Part shown: positions 57,232 to 64,000 of the stretch, piece after piece
How the letters are laid out: every line of letters starts with the position of its first letter
How positions within the stretch are numbered: the first letter of the stretch is position 1
The notes under the pieces: model-generated
Seen by the model: only the letters and a program-made list of their open reading frames with translations
Told to the model about the DNA's origin: nothing
Database searches by the model: none
From: Chlorobiota bacterium
Lineage (GTDB): Bacteria; Bacteroidota; Bacteroidia; Bacteroidales; JAADJA01
DNA: 64,000 nt
Direction of reading: 5' to 3'
Assembly (NCBI GenBank): GCA_013151015.1
Contig: JAADJA010000044.1
Span: 1,417 to 65,416 of the forward strand
Made by a program: the position numbers and the translations under genes

Positions 57232-57300
57232 AAACTTATATGTCCTTTTATGTCTTTTATGGTTCAAATACCCTAATTTTGCACCATCGAATTCAATCAA
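57232..57300 (+). repeat. 69-bp direct repeat, copy 2 (-7 box at 57274-57281, 49 nt upstream of the ATG at 57330)
   Basis: It has the same length as copy 1, differs at 4 positions and starts exactly 170 bp after copy 1. Confidence 0.9.
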
Positions 57301-57329
57301 ATAAATAAAAAATTCCAATTCAATATATT

Positions 57330-59108
57330 ATGTCAGGAAAAACTTTCGTAGAAAAAATATTTGGTGCACAAACCGGGAACATCGTTTTCAAAAAGCCCGA
57401 CATCATCCTCACACACGATAACACAGCAAGTATCTCTAAAACTTTTGCCAAAATGGGCGGGGCCAAAATCCCAAACCCGGATCAATTGCTTATCGTCCTC
57501 GACCATAACGCACCTCCGACCAATGCCAAACTGGCCAACGATTACCAATACATCCGTGATTTTGTGAAAGAAAACAAGATCACAAAATTCCATGATGCCG
57601 GAAAAGGGATCTGCCATCAGATAATGGCCGATTATGCAAAACCGGGTATGGTGATCGTGGGCAGCGACAGCCATACCTGTACTGCCGGGGCTTTCAATGC
57701 CTTTGCTGCTGGGATCGACCGAACAGAAGCCGCCGGTTTATGGAAGCAGGGCGAAACCTGGTTCCGTGTCCCAGAGTCCATAAAAATCACCTTACACGGA
57801 AAACTGAACCCACATGTTTACGCAAAAGACCTTTCCCTGTGGATAATCGGGATGATCGGTTCAAGCGGCGCCGATTACAAATCCATCGAATACCATGGAG
57901 ATGGGGTAAAAACCCTGACCATCTCACAACGGATGACCATTGCCAACCTTGCTTCTGAAATGGGAGCCAAGAATGCCGTGTTCCCCGCCGATGAACTGAC
58001 ATGGGAACATATCGGTGAAAAGGCGGAAGGGGTTTGGGCCGATGAAGGTGCAACCTATTCAAAGGAAATAGAAATTGACCTTGGTGAATTGTTCCCGCTT
58101 GTCGCCGAGCCTCATCACGTTGATAACGTAAGGCCGCTTTCGCAAGTAACCGGGATAAAAATCCATGAAGCCATGGTAGGAACCTGTACCAATGGCCGTT
58201 TGGAAGACCTCGAAGCCGCTGCCCATGTACTGGAAGGCAAAACAGTTCATCCCGATGTGCAGATGGTAATCGTGCCGGCCTCGCGGAAAATTTACATGGA
58301 AGCCATGGAAAAAGGGATCATCAGGATACTGATGGAGTCCGGGGCCAATGTCCTCTCAAGTTCCTGTGGCCCATGCCTGGGAACAGGACAAGGAATCCCG
58401 GCAGATGGCTACAATGTGATTTCCACGGCCAATCGGAACTTCAAAGGCCGGATGGGGAACAAAAACGCCAATATCTATCTGGCTTCCCCGGCTGCCGTTG
58501 CACATGCCGCCATTGCTGGCGAGATTACAGATGTACGTGGAAATATTCCGGGTGAACAATATCCTTTTACCATTGAAGAAAGCGGGACCGTTGACATAAA
58601 ATCCGGTGATGACAGATACGAAGACGGGACCTGGAATTATGCCGATGCCGACAATTTGAACACCGACCAGATGTTTGCCGGAAACCTCACCTATGCCGTT
58701 TTGAGTTCCGAGCCGGAAAAAATCATGCCCCACCTTTTCAAGGGCTTCGACGAAAGTTTCTCTAACAGGGTAAGCAAAGACGATGTGATTATGGCCGGGG
58801 CCAATTTTGGTTGTGGCAGTTCACGCGAACATCCTGCCGTGGCCCTTTCCCATGCAGGGGTAAAAGCCGTTATCTGCAAATCGGTAAACCGGATTTTTTA
58901 CCGTTCTTCCGTAAACCAGGGACTTCCTATCATCATCCTTCCCGAAGCCGTGGATGCCTATAAAAAAGGCGACAAGGTGAAAGTTGACCTGCCCAATGGC
59001 ATTGTAAGCGTGGGTGGTAAAGAATTCAACTTTGCCCCTTTGCCCGAAAAGCTGATGGGCATTTTTGAGGCGAAAGGCTTGGTGAATTACATTAAGGAGA
59101 TGGCGTAA
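57330..59108 (+). CDS. Aconitase-superfamily dehydratase, fused LeuC/HacA-like large and LeuD/HacB-like small (swivel) domains
   Basis: GSDSHTCTAGA, SSSCGPCLGTG and NRNFKGRMG are the Fe-S ligands and active-site motifs. The C-terminal roughly 170 aa contain GANFGCGSSREH, the small-subunit motif. Confidence 0.85.
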   Translation: MSGKTFVEKIFGAQTGNIVFKKPDIILTHDNTASISKTFAKMGGAKIPNPDQLLIVLDHNAPPTNAKLANDYQYIRDFVKENKITKFHDAGKGICHQIMADYAKPGMVIVGSDSHTCTAGAFNAFAAGIDRTEAAGLWKQGETWFRVPESIKITLHGKLNPHVYAKDLSLWIIGMIGSSGADYKSIEYHGDGVKTLTISQRMTIANLASEMGAKNAVFPADELTWEHIGEKAEGVWADEGATYSKEIEIDLGELFPLVAEPHHVDNVRPLSQVTGIKIHEAMVGTCTNGRLEDLEAAAHVLEGKTVHPDVQMVIVPASRKIYMEAMEKGIIRILMESGANVLSSSCGPCLGTGQGIPADGYNVISTANRNFKGRMGNKNANIYLASPAAVAHAAIAGEITDVRGNIPGEQYPFTIEESGTVDIKSGDDRYEDGTWNYADADNLNTDQMFAGNLTYAVLSSEPEKIMPHLFKGFDESFSNRVSKDDVIMAGANFGCGSSREHPAVALSHAGVKAVICKSVNRIFYRSSVNQGLPIIILPEAVDAYKKGDKVKVDLPNGIVSVGGKEFNFAPLPEKLMGIFEAKGLVNYIKEMA

Positions 59109-59251
59109 AGTATAGATTTTCTTGTCAGTAATTCTAAAAACATGAGGATTTAAAAATCATTTATGCAACTTGTTTGTTCGTATTTGCGTCTAATGGAAAA
59201 TTTTCGGGAAAAACAATTTCCTGAAACACCTAAACCTGCAATAAATTGAAA

Positions 59252-59428
59252 TTGTCAAAAGTTAAACGAATGATTTATAAAAACTTGAGAAACAATTACC
59301 TTAAACTCCACTCTTGAGAGGGTAAAAAGGCCTACTCGCCATGAAATACTTTGGCAGGCGAGGGTGAGCCATAGAAAGCCCAATCATTTTTCCAGTTTTT
59401 TATGATGACAACAATTAACTTTTGACAA
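59252..59428. repeat. 14-bp perfect inverted repeat bounding a 149-bp intergenic segment
   Basis: The arms are TTGTCAAAAGTTAA (59252-59265) and TTAACTTTTGACAA (59415-59428). No flanking TSD is present. A GC-rich inner hairpin CTCGCC-n16-GGCGAG is present. Confidence 0.7.
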
Positions 59429-59473
59429 GATCGTTTAGAAAAATCAGGTTTACGATAATCACATAATCCGTTT

Positions 59474-60817
59474 ATGAAAAAAATCCTTTACGTACTTTTC
59501 GGGATCGGCCTTTTGGTTTTGATACATTCGGTTTTGGAGGACATATTCCCGAAAAGCGTGGGGCGCCTACCGGTATTTGTCGCCCTGTTCCTTTTTGATC
59601 TTTACCTTTTCCTTTCCTATTGGCCCACCATAAAGAAATGGCGGAAAAGCCTGGCAACATTGGTTACGCTGCTATATTGGTCACCGGCCATCATGGTTTT
59701 GGGGATACTTGTGGGCTCGCTCATCCATCCTTTTATGGAATGGAACAGGGCTTTCAGGAGTTACCTTGTGGGGATGGTCATCATTAGTTATTTTGCAAAG
59801 CTGGCTCCCATTCTGTTTTTAATGATCGCCGATATAATCAGGCTGATAAGATATATTTCAATTCCAAAAACCAAACGGAAAGAAAAACCATTGGGCAGAA
59901 AAATGCCCCGTAGTGAGTTCCTGAAAAAAAGCGGGCTTGTTGTTGGCGGAATGATGTTCAGCAGCCTACTTTGGGGAATGGTGAAATGGGTCTATGATTT
60001 CAGGGTATGGAGGGAATGGCTTAGCTTGCCCGATTTGCCGGCTTCTTTTTCGGGCTTTAAGATTGTCCAGTTTTCAGATATCCACCTTGGCAATTGGGTA
60101 ATGAAACATGAGCTGGAAGAGGCCATTGACGTTATGAATGACCTGGACCCCGACATCATTGTTTTCACGGGCGACCTTGTAAATTACAAAACCGATGAGG
60201 CCATTGAGTTTACCGATATCTTCAGGAAACTAAAAGCGAAGCAAGGTATTTATGCCATCCTTGGAAACCACGATTACGGTGATTACACACATTGGCCAAC
60301 AAGAAAAGCCAAAGAGGAAAACATGCGGCAACTGTACGATTTTTATAATGGCCTTGGTTGGAAACTATTGCGCAATGAAAATGTGGAGCTTACAAAAGGG
60401 GATGACAGAATCGCCCTTCTTGGGGTCGAGAACTGGGGCTCCATGAAACGTTTCCCCAAATATGGGGACCTTCGCAAAGCGGTTACCGGTGTGGAAGATG
60501 TCCCCGTGAAAATTCTGCTTTCCCACGACCCGACCCATTGGCAATACAAAATTTCCGATTTTGAACACACCATCAATCTTACCCTTGCCGGGCACACACA
60601 TGGCGGCCAGTTTGGCTTTGAGTTCCCCGGAATGCGCTGGAGCCCGGTACAATATGCTTATCGTTACTGGGCCGGGATGTACCAAAAGAAAAACACAAAA
60701 ACCGGGGGCAAACAGCATTTATATGTCAACCGTGGGATCGGCACCATCGGCTATCCGGGCCGTGTTGGCATCCGCCCCGAAATTACCCTCATCGAGCTTC
60801 AGTCAGAGCCGGTTTAG
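59474..60817 (+). CDS. Membrane-anchored metallophosphoesterase (YkuE-like)
   Basis: About five N-terminal TM helices are followed by FSDIHLG, TGDLV, GNHD and GHTHGGQ. Confidence 0.85.
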   Translation: MKKILYVLFGIGLLVLIHSVLEDIFPKSVGRLPVFVALFLFDLYLFLSYWPTIKKWRKSLATLVTLLYWSPAIMVLGILVGSLIHPFMEWNRAFRSYLVGMVIISYFAKLAPILFLMIADIIRLIRYISIPKTKRKEKPLGRKMPRSEFLKKSGLVVGGMMFSSLLWGMVKWVYDFRVWREWLSLPDLPASFSGFKIVQFSDIHLGNWVMKHELEEAIDVMNDLDPDIIVFTGDLVNYKTDEAIEFTDIFRKLKAKQGIYAILGNHDYGDYTHWPTRKAKEENMRQLYDFYNGLGWKLLRNENVELTKGDDRIALLGVENWGSMKRFPKYGDLRKAVTGVEDVPVKILLSHDPTHWQYKISDFEHTINLTLAGHTHGGQFGFEFPGMRWSPVQYAYRYWAGMYQKKNTKTGGKQHLYVNRGIGTIGYPGRVGIRPEITLIELQSEPV

Positions 60818-61067
60818 TTTTCACAACTATTTTTATTTTTGAAGTGAACCAATAGCATGGTATTGCTGTTTATTTCCTGAAATTGGATCATTGTCATTTT
60901 TATTTTAATTTGGGATTGAGGCGAGACAACCATCAGACCATAAATTTGGACTTATGTTTATAACAAAACGAAACCAACCAAAAATGAACGAAACATATCA
61001 AGGAGAAAATAACACAAGGCCACAATAAGTTAATTCTTATTAGCGAATTAGCGGCGATATAACAAAT

Positions 61068-61877
61068 ATGAACAAGCTAATCAGGAAAACTAAACACATG
61101 AAGAAAAACCTTTTAATATTGATGGTTTTGGTTCTGGGGACAACCTTGGCATTCAATGCCTGTAAAAAAACCGATGATGTCCCTATTGACCCCGTAAACA
61201 AAGATGCAACGGTTTTATTTACATTGAACCACAATGTAAATGGGGAACAACTTGTTTTTGACAGCATCCAATACCAAAATGCCAGCGGGAACGATTACAG
61301 CGTGGCCACTTTAAAATATTTTGTTTCCAATATCACTTTCCACAGCACAAATGGAAGCAGTTTTGTGATTGACGGTGAGCATTATGTGGATGCTGCCGAT
61401 CCAAGCACATTAAATTATTCACCAAATGTAAAAATCCCCGAAGGCGAATACTCTTCCATCTCCTTTATTTTCGGTTTGGATACCCTTAAAAATAAAAACG
61501 GAAGGTATCTCAATCCTCCGGAAAGCAATATGGAATGGCCACCAGCCATGGGACAAGGTTATCATTATATGAAACTGGAAGGAAAGATAGATTCGGCAGG
61601 GACAATAAAAAACTTCCAGGCACATACCGGGCAATCCATGGGCAATCCTTATTTTATTGAAGTTGACCTGCCCAACTCAGGTTTTACGGCTGAAGGGGGG
61701 ACTTTTGAAATTATGCTCAAAATGGACATCGGCAAATGGTGGGAAACTCCCAACCAGATCGACTTGAATTTTATGACCTCAATGATGGGAAACCAGATGC
61801 TTCAACAAAAGTTGCACGAAAACGGCAACGATGTTTTTTCAATTGAGATTACGCCCATCCTAACAATCACAGACTGA
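61068..61877 (+). CDS. MbnP-like periplasmic lipoprotein (putative copper-binding partner of the downstream di-haem enzyme)
   Basis: A lipobox AFNAC is present and the start may be at 61098. Size, sequence pattern (LKYFVSNITF...) and the 1-nt junction with a di-haem peroxidase gene fit MbnP/MbnH pairs. The family call is from memory. Confidence 0.5.
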   Translation: MNKLIRKTKHMKKNLLILMVLVLGTTLAFNACKKTDDVPIDPVNKDATVLFTLNHNVNGEQLVFDSIQYQNASGNDYSVATLKYFVSNITFHSTNGSSFVIDGEHYVDAADPSTLNYSPNVKIPEGEYSSISFIFGLDTLKNKNGRYLNPPESNMEWPPAMGQGYHYMKLEGKIDSAGTIKNFQAHTGQSMGNPYFIEVDLPNSGFTAEGGTFEIMLKMDIGKWWETPNQIDLNFMTSMMGNQMLQQKLHENGNDVFSIEITPILTITD

Positions 61878-62950
61878 TGAAAACTTTTTTCAAGCTCCTT
61901 TTATTTTTCGTTTTTGGGTTATTGGTTCTTATTGCCTGTAAAAAAGATACGGCAAAAGAAGAACCCTCTGGGGAAGTGTTCGACCCAACACCTTATGAAA
62001 TAATAAAACCAACAGGGTTTCCCGATATAATTATCCCGGATGACAACCCCATGACAGTCGAAGGTGTTCAATTGGGGAGAATGTTGTATTACGATAAAAT
62101 ACTTTCGGGCGACAATACACAATCCTGTGCTTCTTGCCATGCCCCTGAATTTTCGTTTACCGATAACGGCAAGCAATTCAGCGAAGGGATTGATGGCAGC
62201 ATTGGAAACCGTAATTCCCCATCGGTAATAAATACGGCATGGATGCCTTCCTTTTTTTGGGACGGAAGGGCTGCAACGGTCGAAGACCAGGCTTTGGGTC
62301 CCGTACCAAATCCGGTCGAAATGAATTTGCCCTGGCCCGAGGCCATGCAAAAACTCAATGCACATCCCGATTACCCGGATTTGTTTTTCAAGGCATTTGG
62401 GACACGGGAAATTGATTCGATGCTCGTGGCAAAAGCAATCGCACAGTTTGAGCGGACGATGATTTCAAGTAATTCGAAATGGGACAGGTACCTAAGAAAT
62501 GAGGCAGTGCTCACACAGGCAGAATCACAGGGCTTTGAAATTTTCTTCTCGGAAATTGGGGACTGTTTTCATTGCCATACCACAATTTTGTTCACTGACA
62601 ATTTATTTCATAATAATGGAATGGACGCTGCATTTACCGATTTGGGCCTGGGCGAAATTAGTGGGAACGCAAACGATATTGGCAAGTTCAAAACACCAAC
62701 TTTAAGAAACATTGAGTTTACGGCCCCTTTTATGCACGATGGCCGTTTTGAAACAATAGAAGATGTGGTCGATTTTTATAGCGAAGGGGTTGTTTGGTCG
62801 GAAACCATCGACCCGCTCATGAAAAAAGTGGGCCAGGGGGGATTACACCTTACGGACGATCAAAAGGAAAACCTGATTGCCTTTTTGAAAACACTAACGG
62901 ACGAAAGCTATATCGAAAACCCGGATTTTTCTGATCCGTTTGAAGAATAG
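61877..62950 (+). CDS. Di-haem cytochrome c peroxidase family protein (MauG/MbnH-like)
   Basis: Two CxxCH haem motifs (CASCH, CFHCH) are present. The motifs PSVINTAW...FWDGRA, FKTPTLRN and PFMHDG are also present. Confidence 0.85.
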   Translation: MKTFFKLLLFFVFGLLVLIACKKDTAKEEPSGEVFDPTPYEIIKPTGFPDIIIPDDNPMTVEGVQLGRMLYYDKILSGDNTQSCASCHAPEFSFTDNGKQFSEGIDGSIGNRNSPSVINTAWMPSFFWDGRAATVEDQALGPVPNPVEMNLPWPEAMQKLNAHPDYPDLFFKAFGTREIDSMLVAKAIAQFERTMISSNSKWDRYLRNEAVLTQAESQGFEIFFSEIGDCFHCHTTILFTDNLFHNNGMDAAFTDLGLGEISGNANDIGKFKTPTLRNIEFTAPFMHDGRFETIEDVVDFYSEGVVWSETIDPLMKKVGQGGLHLTDDQKENLIAFLKTLTDESYIENPDFSDPFEE

Positions 62951-62995
62951 AATGCTTGGTATTTATCATGTTTGCAATATTATTATCTTTGTAAG

Positions 62996-63319
62996 ATGAA
63001 TGTAATCGAACAAAATTTAGGACAAATCAAGAAATTGTGCGATAAGCACAAAGTCGGGAATATGTATGTTTTTGGGTCAGTTGTGACCAAGGATTTTAAT
63101 AAAGAAAGCGATATTGATTTCCTTGTTCGGTTTGCAGATGTTGATTTATACGATTACTTCGACAATCTCCTTGGGTTAAAAAACAATCTGGAAAAACTGT
63201 TTGGCCGAAAGGTTGATATTTTGGAGGAACAAGCTTTGAAGAACCCTTATCTGAAAAAAACAATTGACAACAGCAAAGTATTAATTTATGGAAGGGAAAC
63301 ACCTGAAATGGTTGTATGA
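62996..63319 (+). CDS. mntA: MntA-like nucleotidyltransferase antitoxin (type VII TA)
   Basis: YVFGSVVTKDFNKESDIDFLV is the minimal NTase G-S...D-x-D motif. Confidence 0.8.
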   Translation: MNVIEQNLGQIKKLCDKHKVGNMYVFGSVVTKDFNKESDIDFLVRFADVDLYDYFDNLLGLKNNLEKLFGRKVDILEEQALKNPYLKKTIDNSKVLIYGRETPEMVV

Positions 63320-63632
63320 CATAAAAATTGCCATTGTTGAAATTGAAGGGTTTTTAGAAGAAAACGGAAAAACCTTTGAAACTTACAAAAGCAATCTTTT
63401 ACTGAAAAAAGGTATTGAACGAAACCTTGAAATTATTGGTGAAGCAGTAAACCGGATCAGTAGGGAGTTCCCCGAAATTAAAATTGAAAATGCCGGGAGT
63501 ATAATCGGTCTAAGGAATTTCATCATCCACTCTTATGATAATATCACCGATGAAACAATCTGGGCAATTATCCTCAATCATTTACCAAAACTGAAAACAA
63601 ATGTTTTGGAACTCTTAGGGGAAAGCCGATAG
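63288..63632 (+). CDS. hepT: HepT-like (DUF86, HEPN) RNase toxin
   Basis: RNFIIHSY is the R-x4-H HEPN motif. It overlaps the upstream NTase gene by 32 nt. Confidence 0.8.
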   Translation: MEGKHLKWLYDIKIAIVEIEGFLEENGKTFETYKSNLLLKKGIERNLEIIGEAVNRISREFPEIKIENAGSIIGLRNFIIHSYDNITDETIWAIILNHLPKLKTNVLELLGESR

Positions 63633-63715
63633 CTGCAATTCCACACTTTTACCCAATGGATTAGATCAATGGTCCATTTGGGATTTTACTCGAAAATGAA
63701 CTAACGAATACTAAA

Positions 63716-64000
63716 ATGAAACATTATAATATACCGGCAATCGCCCTATTTATTTCACTTACAAGCATATTTAACCCTATCTTTCCCCAATTACAATTCG
63801 TCCGGTACGACACCATTCCGGTGGAGATTTCAGGGGAAACAATATCGCTTCCGTGGGCCGGCGGTTTCAACAGCCCTCAGTTCTCCTCCATTGATTTAAA
63901 TGGCGATGGCCTGAAAGATTTGGTAGCCTTTGAAAGGGATTGGTTTGGAGCCGTGAAAACTTTTATCAACAAGGGGGCGCCCGGCGAAGTGGATTACGAA
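63716..64000 (+). CDS. FG-GAP/VCBS-type protein, N-terminal fragment (runs off the window end); paralog of 54718-57018
   Basis: A signal peptide is present. SLPWAGGFNSPQFSSIDLNGDGLKDLVAFERD...INKGAPGEVDY parallels [31 protein letters not shown]...LNGGTAGQVDY of the upstream gene. Confidence 0.75.
   Translation, partial: MKHYNIPAIALFISLTSIFNPIFPQLQFVRYDTIPVEISGETISLPWAGGFNSPQFSSIDLNGDGLKDLVAFERDWFGAVKTFINKGAPGEVDYE

Overview
AT-rich, densely coded chromosomal segment that looks like Bacteroidota. Supporting signs are T9SS type A and type B C-terminal sorting domains, many SpII lipoproteins, TAnnTTTG -7 promoter boxes, no obvious Shine-Dalgarno sites and a tmRNA tag GDSNYALAA. I call about 50 CDS. 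Housekeeping genes include clpB, psd, yggS, a sirtuin, an aminotransferase, a PgpH-type 7TM-HD phosphohydrolase and a fused LeuC/LeuD-type dehydratase. Envelope and glycan genes include two GT2 enzymes plus a GT-C-like membrane protein, a TagA-like transferase, a GH114-like hydrolase and several beta-barrels. T9SS cargo includes a 13-repeat PKD protein, a C10 peptidase and FG-GAP proteins. There are also three tRNAs and tmRNA. The unusual content is as follows. (1) A REP-associated Y1 transposase (RAYT) is flanked on both sides by arrays of paired, oppositely oriented hairpins with a ~118-bp period, and the same hairpin family occurs at two further loci. (2) Three tandem GIY-YIG mini-nuclease cassettes sit directly 3' of ssrA, each behind a GC-rich structured leader. 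(3) A 212-bp MITE with 15-bp perfect TIRs and an 8-bp target-site duplication sits in the 5' leader of the GH114-like gene, and a degenerate relative lies near base 1100. (4) A 735-bp mosaic of at least five palindromic modules lies between two convergent genes. (5) Smaller oddities are a Kazal-domain lipoprotein operon, a Dak2-DegV (FakA/FakB-like) fusion, a sigma54 response regulator without an HTH, a duplicated promoter-bearing repeat ahead of an orphan aconitase-family gene, an MbnP/MbnH-like pair and a HepT/MntA toxin-antitoxin pair. All functional calls come from motif recognition by eye. No database search, folding or statistics could be run.
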